From an uncultured Gammaproteobacteria bacterium (lineage in GTDB: Bacteria; Patescibacteriota; Patescibacteriia; Patescibacteriales; UBA12465), in contig CAYYDR010000001.1 in assembly GCA_964470695.1 (NCBI GenBank), forward strand, positions 10,638-74,637: a stretch of 64,000 nt of DNA. Direction: 5' to 3'. A program made the position numbers and the translations under genes. This document shows, one piece after another, positions 29,175 through 37,803 of the stretch (the stretch's first letter is position 1; the number at the start of each line of letters is the position of its first letter). The notes beneath the pieces are model-generated. The model made no database searches, was not told the origin of the DNA, and saw nothing but the letters and a program-made list of their open reading frames with translations.

Positions 29175-30416
29175 ATGAAATACGACCACTTACAACAAGA
29201 CCCCGCCGTTTGGGAAATAGTTCAAAGGGAAGAAAAACGGCAAAATGAAGAACTGGAGCTAATCGCCTCAGAGAATTATGTTAGCCCGGCCGTCTTAGAA
29301 GCGATGGCGACGGTGTTAACTAATAAATATAGTGAGGGTTACGCGGGAAAACGTTATTACGGCGGTAATTATATTATTGATGAAATAGAAAATTTAGCCA
29401 TTGAACGCGCTAAAAAATTATTTGATGCGGAGCATGTTAATGTCCAGCCCTTATCCGGTTCGCCGGCTAACGCGGCGGTCTATATGGCTTTTTTAAATCC
29501 TGGCGACAAGGTATTGGGCCTTAAGCTTGATCATGGTGGGCATTTATCACATGGCCATAAAGTAAATTTTTCCGGACGTCTATATGATTTTGTGCAATAT
29601 GGCGTTAATGCCACGAGCGGTTTAATTGATATGGATGAGGTCCGGGAAATTGCTTTACGAGAAAAACCGAAAATGATAGTGGTCGGATTTAGCGCTTATT
29701 CGCGGGAAGTGGACTGGGCGGGATTTAAAAAAATCGCTGATGAAGTCGGCGCCTATACTTTCGCTGATATCGCTCATATTGCCGGCTTAATAGCGGCTAA
29801 GCAATTAAAAAATCCTGTGCCGATTTTTGATGTCGTTTCTACTACCACCCATAAAACTTTGCGCGGTCCACGCGGTGCTATGATAATGTGTAAAGAGCAG
29901 TTTGCTAAAGCGGTTAATAGCGCGGTTTTTCCAGGTATGCAGGGCGGTCCGCATGATCATATCACGGCCGCTAAAGCCGTCGCTTTTGCTGAAGCTTTAA
30001 AGCCGGAATTTACTGAGTATTCAAAACAGGTTATTAAAAATGCCCAGGCCATGGCCGCCGAATTTATCGCTCGCGGCTATGAAATTGTTTCCGGCGGCAC
30101 GGATAATCATCTGATGGTGATTAATTTAGCTAGTAAGGGCTTAGCCGGGAAGGAAGCGGAAAAGATTTTAGAATTAATAGGCATATCCGTTTCGCGCTCA
30201 ACCATTCCTAATGATCCTAACCCGCCACTTAATCCTTCTGGTATTCGTATTGGTACGCCGGCTATAACTACCAGAGGGCTAAAAGAAAATGAAGTGAAAT
30301 TAGTTGCTTCTTATATTGATGAGGCTTTTATGAATAAGGATAATGCGGCCGTGTTAGATAAATTAAAAGATAAGATTAAGGATATCTGCCGCCAGTTTCC
30401 TATTCCTACCAAATAA
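29175..30416 (+). CDS. glyA: Serine hydroxymethyltransferase
   Basis: LIASENY, NKYSEGY..RYYGG, HGGHLSHG, TTTHKTLRGPRG. Confidence 0.97.
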   Translation: MKYDHLQQDPAVWEIVQREEKRQNEELELIASENYVSPAVLEAMATVLTNKYSEGYAGKRYYGGNYIIDEIENLAIERAKKLFDAEHVNVQPLSGSPANAAVYMAFLNPGDKVLGLKLDHGGHLSHGHKVNFSGRLYDFVQYGVNATSGLIDMDEVREIALREKPKMIVVGFSAYSREVDWAGFKKIADEVGAYTFADIAHIAGLIAAKQLKNPVPIFDVVSTTTHKTLRGPRGAMIMCKEQFAKAVNSAVFPGMQGGPHDHITAAKAVAFAEALKPEFTEYSKQVIKNAQAMAAEFIARGYEIVSGGTDNHLMVINLASKGLAGKEAEKILELIGISVSRSTIPNDPNPPLNPSGIRIGTPAITTRGLKENEVKLVASYIDEAFMNKDNAAVLDKLKDKIKDICRQFPIPTK

Positions 30417-30419
30417 ACT

Positions 30420-31220
30420 ATGGCCAAAATAATTGATGGTAAAGCGATAGCCGAACGAGTTAAAAATCAAATCGCTAAAAATATATTTGCTCTTAATGGT
30501 CCAAGGCCTAACTTGGCCATTATTTTAGTGGGCGAAAGGGAAGATTCCAAGTTATATGTTTCTCTAAAAGAAAAAGAGGGGAAAAAAGTCGGCATTGATA
30601 CCCATCTTTATTTATTTGCTAGCGATACTTCGGAGGGCGAACTGCTTGCGACTATTAATTTTTTAAATAAGGATGATTTAATAGATGGTATTTTGGTCCA
30701 GCTGCCACTACCAGAAAAATTTAATACGGATAAAATTATTGCCGCTATTGATCCGGCTAAAGACGTAGACGGTTTTCATCCTAACTGTCCAGAATATATT
30801 TTATCGCCAGTTTTAGCTTCTATTCTTGCTTGTCTAGAAGAAATTAATTTTTTACCATCGGGTAAAAAGGCTTGTGTTTTGTATAACTCAGAAGTTTTTG
30901 GGCTGAGCATTAAAAACGCTTTAGTAGCTAAAGGCATGGAAGTAAGCCTTAAGGATAATCCGGCCGAAGCTGATTTATTAATTAGCGCTTTAGGCGAGGC
31001 TCATAAAGTTAAAAAGGAAATGATTAAACAAGACGCCGTTATTATTGATATCGGGATTAGTAAGCTGGACGGTAAAGTTGTCGGTGACATTGATGTTGAA
31101 GATGTTTTAAATAAAATTGGTTATATTACTCCTGTTCCGGGCGGGATAGGACCAATGACCATCGCCTTCTTATTTAAGAATGTTTGGGAAATATATAAAC
31201 GCCACCAAAATAATAGTTAA
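30420..31220 (+). CDS. folD: Methylenetetrahydrofolate dehydrogenase/cyclohydrolase (short)
   Basis: IIDGKAIA, YVSLK, GILVQLPLP, KDVDGFH, ITPVPGGIGPMT. Confidence 0.92.
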   Translation: MAKIIDGKAIAERVKNQIAKNIFALNGPRPNLAIILVGEREDSKLYVSLKEKEGKKVGIDTHLYLFASDTSEGELLATINFLNKDDLIDGILVQLPLPEKFNTDKIIAAIDPAKDVDGFHPNCPEYILSPVLASILACLEEINFLPSGKKACVLYNSEVFGLSIKNALVAKGMEVSLKDNPAEADLLISALGEAHKVKKEMIKQDAVIIDIGISKLDGKVVGDIDVEDVLNKIGYITPVPGGIGPMTIAFLFKNVWEIYKRHQNNS

Positions 31221-33033
31221 GGTCATGGATAAGAAAAAACAACAACTTAAAGAATTATTAAAGATTCATTTCGGTTATGAATCTTTTTTAGCCGGCCAGG
31301 AAAAAGCCATTGATAGTATTTTGTCCGGGAAAGATACAGTGGTGGTTCTGCCAACGGGCGGTGGCAAGTCTTTAATTTTCCAATTACCGGCTCTAGTTTT
31401 TGAAGGTATAACCATAGTTATTTCTCCTTTGATTGCCCTAATGAAAGATCAGGTTGATTCTTTGGAAAAAGTCGGTATCCCGGCGACTTTTATAAATTCT
31501 TCCATTTCTGTAGCGGAAACAGAGAAGCGTTTGGCTAAATTACGCGATCAAAGCTATAAGATAGTTTATATTGCTCCGGAGCGTTTTTATAATCAGGCTT
31601 TTTTAGTCGGCTTAAAACAAATTAAAGTTTCTTTATTCGCGATTGATGAAGCGCATTGCATCAGCCAATGGGGACATGATTTCCGTCCTAGCTATATGCG
31701 GCTAAAAGAGGCAATTAAATTAGTCGGCTCGCCAACCGTTGTGGCTTTGACTGCTACCGCTACGCCGGAAGTCCGAGACGATATAATCAAGCAGTTAGGC
31801 TTAATTGACTCAGAGATGGTTATCACTGGTTTTGCTCGTCCCAATTTACAGTTAGCGGTGGTGCCGACTGGTAACGGGCAAAAAATTGAAAATATTGTTA
31901 ATCTTTTTACGACTAATTCCGAAATTGGTTCTGGTATAATTTATACGGGAACTAGAGCGAAGGCCGATGAAATATTAGAAGCTTTAATGGATAATAGCAT
32001 TAAGGCCGTGAGTTATCATGCGGGGATGGACGCTAATAGCCGTGATTGGGTCCAAGAGCAATTTATGAGCGGCGAGGCTCAGGTGGTCGTAGCTACTAAC
32101 GCTTTCGGACTAGGCATTAATAAGCGAGACATTAGATATGTTATTCATCATGACTTGCCCGGGACAATAGAAGCTTATTATCAAGAGGCGGGCCGCGCGG
32201 GGCGTGACGGGCAGCCAAGTTTTTGTTTATTATTTTATCATCAGCAAGATCGCTATCTACGGGAGTTTTTTATTAAAGGCGATAATCCTGCCCCTGAAAC
32301 TATTAGCGAGGTTTATGATTTTTTGGTCGGCCGAGCCGGCTTAGAAATTAATCCTAATGCTTCCGTTCTTATTACCTATGCGGAGATTGCCAAGAATTTA
32401 TCGGATTCAGTTCCCGAAATGGCGATTGGCACGGCTTTAAAAATTTTGGAGAAAGAAGGATATATATCACGACCGAATGAAAAAACCGCTAATTCTTTTT
32501 TATGCACTAAAAAGCCCTGGCCGGATATAATTTCCGCCGTTCCGAAGCGCTCTAAGAGCCAGTTAGAAATTATTAAATTATTAGAAGCCAAATATTATCA
32601 TGAGCTAGAAGCTGGTTGGGAGTTTAATCCGGAAGAGGTAGCCATTGTTTTAGGAATTAAGAAAGACTCTCTTTTGAGGGCCGTTAAAAAATTAGCGGAA
32701 AATGATTTGTTAGAATATCGTCCGCCCTTCCGAGGTACGGAAGTAAAAATTCTAAAGCTGGTGGAGACTGAGGATCTCTGTCTGGATTTTAAGGCCTTAA
32801 AAGCTAAAGCGGCGCGGGCTTTTGAAAAATTAGACGAGATGGAGGGCTATGTTTACTCCACTGTCTGCCGCCAAGAGTATATTTTGAAATATTTTGGCGA
32901 TTCACAGGCGCGGCCGTGTGGTAAATGCGATAATTGTTTGCGGGGAGAAAGAAGAGCTGGCCATTCAAGTCATCATCATAGTAGTTCCAGTAAAGATCAC
33001 TCACCGACTAAAGAATATTTAGGAGATTTTTAA
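31180..33033 (+). CDS. recQ: RecQ family DNA helicase (true start probably ATG near 31225)
   Basis: PTGGGKS, DEAHCISQWGHDFRP, ATNAFGLG, YYQEAGRAGRDG, CGKCDNC; no HRDC domain seen. Confidence 0.93.
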   Translation: MFGKYINATKIIVKVMDKKKQQLKELLKIHFGYESFLAGQEKAIDSILSGKDTVVVLPTGGGKSLIFQLPALVFEGITIVISPLIALMKDQVDSLEKVGIPATFINSSISVAETEKRLAKLRDQSYKIVYIAPERFYNQAFLVGLKQIKVSLFAIDEAHCISQWGHDFRPSYMRLKEAIKLVGSPTVVALTATATPEVRDDIIKQLGLIDSEMVITGFARPNLQLAVVPTGNGQKIENIVNLFTTNSEIGSGIIYTGTRAKADEILEALMDNSIKAVSYHAGMDANSRDWVQEQFMSGEAQVVVATNAFGLGINKRDIRYVIHHDLPGTIEAYYQEAGRAGRDGQPSFCLLFYHQQDRYLREFFIKGDNPAPETISEVYDFLVGRAGLEINPNASVLITYAEIAKNLSDSVPEMAIGTALKILEKEGYISRPNEKTANSFLCTKKPWPDIISAVPKRSKSQLEIIKLLEAKYYHELEAGWEFNPEEVAIVLGIKKDSLLRAVKKLAENDLLEYRPPFRGTEVKILKLVETEDLCLDFKALKAKAARAFEKLDEMEGYVYSTVCRQEYILKYFGDSQARPCGKCDNCLRGERRAGHSSHHHSSSSKDHSPTKEYLGDF

Positions 33034-33034
33034 T

Positions 33035-33739
33035 ATGAAATCGGAAACAGTACAAAAATTGTTAAGTCTAGTCCAGAAAAACTATGAAGAAATAGCGGTT
33101 GATTTTGATAAGACGCGCCAGAAAGAAGTTTGGCCCGAACTTAAGCAGTTTTCTTTTTTAGCCGAGCCTGATAAAAAGATTTTGGATGTCGGTTGCGGTA
33201 ATGGACGATTGATTTCCGCTTTTGATATTTCTTCTAGTAATTATTTAGGAGTTGATAATAGCGAGCCTCTTCTTAAAATTGCTCAATCAAAATATCCTGA
33301 CCATCAGTTTCGGCTAGATGATATTTTAGCTTTAAGCCAAGCCAGCGATATTTCTTATGATAGTATTTTTTGTTTAGCCGTTTTGCCTCATATCCCCAGT
33401 GAAGAGCTTAGAATAAAAGCGCTTATTAACTTAAAGAAGAAATTACGGCCCGGAGGGACTATTGTTTTAAGTGCTTGGAATTTATGGAGTCCAATTTGGC
33501 GCGGCCGCCATTATCGCCAGCTCATTTTAAAAAGCTGGTTATGGAGTTTAGTTGGTCGGCAGGGGCTAGAGTTCGGCGATATTTTATTCCCCTGGAAAAA
33601 CGCTCAGGGAACGGTCGTGAGCGAGCGTTATTATCATGCTTTTAGGACTGGGGAATTAAAAAAACTAGCTCAGTCAGCCGGATTAAAAGTAAAAGACTTA
33701 AAAAAAGATAAGCATAATTATTGGCTTATATTAAATTAA
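33035..33739 (+). CDS. Class I SAM-dependent methyltransferase, Trm9/ALKBH8-like
   Basis: YEEIAVDFDKTR..WP, LDVGCGNGR, LAVLPHI, LRPGG, DILFPW, RYYHAF..GEL. Confidence 0.8.
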   Translation: MKSETVQKLLSLVQKNYEEIAVDFDKTRQKEVWPELKQFSFLAEPDKKILDVGCGNGRLISAFDISSSNYLGVDNSEPLLKIAQSKYPDHQFRLDDILALSQASDISYDSIFCLAVLPHIPSEELRIKALINLKKKLRPGGTIVLSAWNLWSPIWRGRHYRQLILKSWLWSLVGRQGLEFGDILFPWKNAQGTVVSERYYHAFRTGELKKLAQSAGLKVKDLKKDKHNYWLILN

Positions 33740-33839
33740 TTATCACCTCAGTCCTTAATTATTATTAAGCTAATTATTAAATATTAGTAGTCAGTAATAG
33801 TAGATTGGTGCCTTAATAAGGGGCTATTTTTTTATCCTC

Positions 33840-33867
33840 TTGACACCCCCTGGGGGTATGCTATAAT
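33840..33867 (+). promoter_or_regulatory. Promoter with CsoR/RcnR-type G/C-tract operator
   Basis: TTGACA-16 nt-TATAAT with TG extension; palindrome ACCCCC-T-GGGGGT (33845-33857) in the spacer. Confidence 0.75.
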
Positions 33868-33886
33868 TAGTTTATAATTATAATAT

Positions 33887-34129
33887 ATGAAAACAGCCGA
33901 TCAACGCCTTAATAATATAATTGGGCAATTAGAAGGGGCTAAAAAAATGTTAGTCGATAAGGATAGAGATTGTTTTGCCTTGCTAATTCAGCTTAAGGCA
34001 GCCAAGTCAGCCATGTCTTCTTTAATGGAAAAAATTGTTAGTGAAGAATTTGATCGCTGTTTAATCGGGCCGCATAAGGCCAGCCGCGATAAGATGGAAA
34101 AAATATTTAAAGAAATAATGAATAAGTAA
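33887..34129 (+). CDS. CsoR/RcnR/FrmR family transcriptional repressor
   Basis: RLNNIIGQLEGAKKM..DC..LLIQLKAAKSA; second Cys in FDRC. Confidence 0.88.
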   Translation: MKTADQRLNNIIGQLEGAKKMLVDKDRDCFALLIQLKAAKSAMSSLMEKIVSEEFDRCLIGPHKASRDKMEKIFKEIMNK

Positions 34130-34172
34130 ATAGATAATAATTTAATAATAAATAACTATAAGTTACAAATTT

Positions 34173-34505
34173 ATGTCAAACGCGTTAGAAGTAAAAAAAG
34201 ATAGTTTCGCCGCCGAAGTTTTAAATAGCGACCTGCCGGTCTTGGTAGATTTTTGGGCGCCTTGGTGTATGCCTTGCCGGATGATGGCGCCAATTTTAGA
34301 TGAATTAGCGGGCGAGATGGCGGGCCGGGTTAAGATAGCTAAAGTTAATACCGAGGATGGTGCTAACCAGGATTTGGCCATGGAGTATCAGATTCAGAGT
34401 ATCCCTAATATGAAGTTATTCAAGGGCGGAAAAGTGATTGGCGAATTCATTGGTTTAAGAAATAAAGAAACCTTAAAAGGAGAAATTGAAGCTTTTATAA
34501 AATAA
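34173..34505 (+). CDS. trxA: Thioredoxin
   Basis: VDFWAPWCMPC, cis-Pro loop QSIP. Confidence 0.95.
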   Translation: MSNALEVKKDSFAAEVLNSDLPVLVDFWAPWCMPCRMMAPILDELAGEMAGRVKIAKVNTEDGANQDLAMEYQIQSIPNMKLFKGGKVIGEFIGLRNKETLKGEIEAFIK

Positions 34506-34526
34506 ATAATAAGGGCGTCTAAATAT

Positions 34527-35750
34527 ATGAGTATTTTTAATGATAACCTGAGCCGGCTAAAAGAGATCCAGGCTCTGGAAAATATCAGCGATGGGGACAT
34601 GGCCGCGCTTTTAGAGCCGGCTCAAACTAAATATGCGGAATTGGATATTAATGGCCAGAAATACCCGGCTTGGCGCATTATTTATAGCCGGGCAATAGGT
34701 CCGGGCAAGGGCGGAATTAGATTTCATCCTGATGTCAGCGAAGATGAAGTAAAGTCATTGGCTTTTTGGATGGCGCTCAAGAATTCATTAGCGGATATTC
34801 CTTACGGCGGCGCTAAGGGCGGAGTAAAGTTTGATCCTAAGAAAGCCGATCAGAAAGAATTAGAAGCAGTGAGCCGCCAGTATATGGATAATTTTTATGA
34901 GTTTGTCGGTCAGGATAAAGATATTCCGGCTCCCGATGTTTATACTAACGGTCAAATAATGTCCTGGATGCTTGATCAATTTGAAAAGAAAGTTGGGCAC
35001 CATGAACCAGGCATGATTACCGGTAAACCAGTGGAGCTCGGCGGTATTGCTATGCGCGGTGACGCCACGGCCCAGGGCGGATATATTATAGTTAAGGAAT
35101 TAACCGCTAAATTAATTGATAAAAAAGAAATTAAAGTTATTGTCCAAGGTTTTGGTAACGCCGGCCTTTTTATGGCGGAAAAATTATATAACGACGGCTA
35201 TAAGATAGTGGCCGTCTCTGATAGCAGGGGCGGAATTTATCAGGCAGATGGTTTGAATATTACCGACTTAGCTGCTTTTAAGAATCAGGGCCAAGCTGTT
35301 GGCAATTGGACACAGGGGAAGGCCGTGACTAATGCTGAACTACTGGAGTTAGAAACTGACATTTTAGTTTTAGCGGCCCTAGAAAATCAAATTACTAAAG
35401 ATAACGCCGGCAATATTAAAGCTAAATATATTGTAGAGTTAGCTAACGGGCCGGTTACTTATGAGGCTGATAAAATATTAGCCGCCCAAAATAAGATTAT
35501 TGTGCCTGATATTTTAGCGAATTCTGGCGGCGTAATTGTTAGTTATTTTGAATGGGCCCAGAATAGAACGGGTCAGATTTTAGATGAGGAATATTTGCGT
35601 CAGCTGCTGGAAAAGAAAATGCGAACCAATTGGCAAAGAGTTTATAGTAAGTATGAGGAGAAGGTTGGAACTATAACCTTACGTCAAGCGGCTTACATTA
35701 TAGCGGTCCGCCGTATTTTAGCGGCTGAGAAATGGCGCGGGAGAATATAA
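34527..35750 (+). CDS. gdhA: Glu/Leu/Phe/Val dehydrogenase, most likely glutamate dehydrogenase
   Basis: GKGGIRFHP, YGGAKGG, DIPAPDV, ITGKP, QGFGNAG, ELANGP, NSGGVIVSYFEW. Confidence 0.9.
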   Translation: MSIFNDNLSRLKEIQALENISDGDMAALLEPAQTKYAELDINGQKYPAWRIIYSRAIGPGKGGIRFHPDVSEDEVKSLAFWMALKNSLADIPYGGAKGGVKFDPKKADQKELEAVSRQYMDNFYEFVGQDKDIPAPDVYTNGQIMSWMLDQFEKKVGHHEPGMITGKPVELGGIAMRGDATAQGGYIIVKELTAKLIDKKEIKVIVQGFGNAGLFMAEKLYNDGYKIVAVSDSRGGIYQADGLNITDLAAFKNQGQAVGNWTQGKAVTNAELLELETDILVLAALENQITKDNAGNIKAKYIVELANGPVTYEADKILAAQNKIIVPDILANSGGVIVSYFEWAQNRTGQILDEEYLRQLLEKKMRTNWQRVYSKYEEKVGTITLRQAAYIIAVRRILAAEKWRGRI

Positions 35751-35817
35751 TATAAAATTTTATTATGGCTGTCAGATAACTCACTTTTAACCAGTTTCGC
35801 TAGTCGGCTATAAATAT

Positions 35818-35846
35818 AAAAACCTCTCTAATTTAGAGAGGTTTTT
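35818..35846. terminator. Bidirectional terminator
   Basis: AAAAACCTCTCTA-ATT-TAGAGAGGTTTTT. Confidence 0.75.
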
Positions 35847-35868
35847 ATTATCTGTTTAACTTTAGTTT

Positions 35869-36879
35869 TTATTGGCAAGCTGCTGCCGCTGCACCAGCTT
35901 CTTGAGTTCCAGAACCGAAGCCTGGAGCCGGAGAGGCACTGGATAGAGCCGCTTGGCATTCTTTAGGCTGGTTATTGAAGGCGCTGCAGATAGCTTTTAA
36001 TAGAGAAGCAGAATCGCGGCCGCTAGAAACCTGTTCGCCGTTTACTATTAAAGTCGGAGAGCCGCCGACATTATACTTCTCATTATCGGCCTTATAAATA
36101 TCAAAGCCTGGGAAGCTGCCCTGGTAACCAACTTTGTTATTGAAGTTATCTATTACTTTATATTGCTTGTCAGTTTTAGAGGCACAAGCTTCCATCTTAG
36201 CTTTATCAACTCCGGTTGAGCTGACACAAGCAGCTGAATCGCTAGATTCTAAGAAGCACTTAAGGTAGCCGCTAAACTTTGGTAACTGTTCTTTCTGGAT
36301 GCAGTATTGATTGAGCTGTTCTTTAAGTTCTTTTTCGCCATGCATGGCATAGCTGTTGAATTTAATTTGGAAATCAATCTTATTGCCTAAAGCTGCAACG
36401 GCTGGTAATAAGCCTTTTTCCATCTGAGTGCCGTAAGGGCAATGGCTCATAACGAATAATTCTACATTTGGCTTATCACTTTTCTTAGTAACTTCAGCGA
36501 CTGGGGCGGCCTGTTCACCAGAGGCTGCCTGGTTAGGCTTTTCGTTACTCATTTTTTCAACATCTAAAGCTTGAGGGAAAAATAATTTTCCATCTCGGGA
36601 CAAATAAGAGTCAACTACGCTGGAGACAATATCAATTTTTAACTTATATAAACCATACTCCTCAGTTATCTCTTTAATGGTGGCTTTATTGCCGCCTGAT
36701 AACAGATAGGTATTAATGAACTGCTCGGCCTTAGCCTTAGCTTCTTCCTGGCTAAGATTCTTAACCGGTTTTTGATAAGAGAACAAAGCAATTACTACTA
36801 GCACAATAACTAGCAGAATCGGCAATGTGACTCGCAAAAAGCGTTCGCGAGAAAATAAACTTTTTATGAGTTTCTTCAT
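35869..36879 (-). CDS. Membrane-anchored thioredoxin-fold (DsbA/DsbG-like) protein
   Basis: N-terminal TM, LFVMSHCPYG, GGSPTLIVNG, additional Cys residues. Confidence 0.7.
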   Translation of the reverse strand: MKKLIKSLFSRERFLRVTLPILLVIVLVVIALFSYQKPVKNLSQEEAKAKAEQFINTYLLSGGNKATIKEITEEYGLYKLKIDIVSSVVDSYLSRDGKLFFPQALDVEKMSNEKPNQAASGEQAAPVAEVTKKSDKPNVELFVMSHCPYGTQMEKGLLPAVAALGNKIDFQIKFNSYAMHGEKELKEQLNQYCIQKEQLPKFSGYLKCFLESSDSAACVSSTGVDKAKMEACASKTDKQYKVIDNFNNKVGYQGSFPGFDIYKADNEKYNVGGSPTLIVNGEQVSSGRDSASLLKAICSAFNNQPKECQAALSSASPAPGFGSGTQEAGAAAAACQ

Positions 36880-36982
36880 AATTTTTATTTTATTATTAAT
36901 TATTTATTATTTTGTAAATTAGTAATCTTATTATAGTAAAAATAAGCACCGTCGTCAAAGGGCTTGCGCATTTTTCATTTAT

Positions 36983-37798
36983 TTAGTGGCGCGGCAGGGC
37001 GCTAGACAGTTCCTGGGGAAGGCCGATTTCAAAATTTAATTTTTTGCCTGATAAATCCTGGAATTCTAAATGGACAGCGGTTAGAAAAACTCGGCCTAAA
37101 TTAAGCTTCTTGTTTTTAACTTCGGTTTTTTTAGTAGAATATAGATCGTCGCCAGCTAGAGGGTGCCCATAGGCAAAAAAATGGACGCGAATTTGGTGAG
37201 TTCGTCCAGTTTTAATGTTAACGCGCACTAGGGTATAGTTTACAAAACGCTGTAAGACAGTGAATTCGGTTAGGGCTTGGCGGGATTTAAACCAGCTTTC
37301 AATATTGCCTTGATCGCGATATTTAGGATGGCGGCGGTTTAACAAGTCGCTAGCATTAGTCGGAATAGCAGCCATTTTATAACCGCTCTGGGAGCGGGTA
37401 ATGGGAAAATCTATCACCCCGGAATCGTTAGCTAATCGGCCATGGACCAGAGCCAGATATTCTTTATTAACTTCGCGATCTTTAAATTGCCCCTTGAGAC
37501 TAGCAAAACTCTTATTATTTTTAGCGATAACCATTAAGCCGCTAACATCTTTATCTAGGCGGTGCACTAAGCCGGGTCTAGCCGGATCATCACCGACAGT
37601 TTTTATTTTAGGATATTTAGCAATTAGCCAGTCCGCCAAGGTCGGTTCGGTTAAGTTCCCTCCGCCGTGGACAGCTAAGCCGGCCGGCTTATTTATCACT
37701 AAATAATCAGTCGTTTCCGCTATTATGGTTGGCTCAATCATTAATTTACTTGCCTTAACCGCTAGCTCGTCTTTTTCTGGCTTATCTTTTTTAGTCAT
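36983..37798 (-). CDS. RluA/RluD family RNA pseudouridine synthase
   Basis: INKPAGLAVH, HRLDKDVSG, TGRTHQIRVH. Confidence 0.93.
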   Translation of the reverse strand: MTKKDKPEKDELAVKASKLMIEPTIIAETTDYLVINKPAGLAVHGGGNLTEPTLADWLIAKYPKIKTVGDDPARPGLVHRLDKDVSGLMVIAKNNKSFASLKGQFKDREVNKEYLALVHGRLANDSGVIDFPITRSQSGYKMAAIPTNASDLLNRRHPKYRDQGNIESWFKSRQALTEFTVLQRFVNYTLVRVNIKTGRTHQIRVHFFAYGHPLAGDDLYSTKKTEVKNKKLNLGRVFLTAVHLEFQDLSGKKLNFEIGLPQELSSALPRH

Positions 37799-37803
37799 AT
37801 ATT

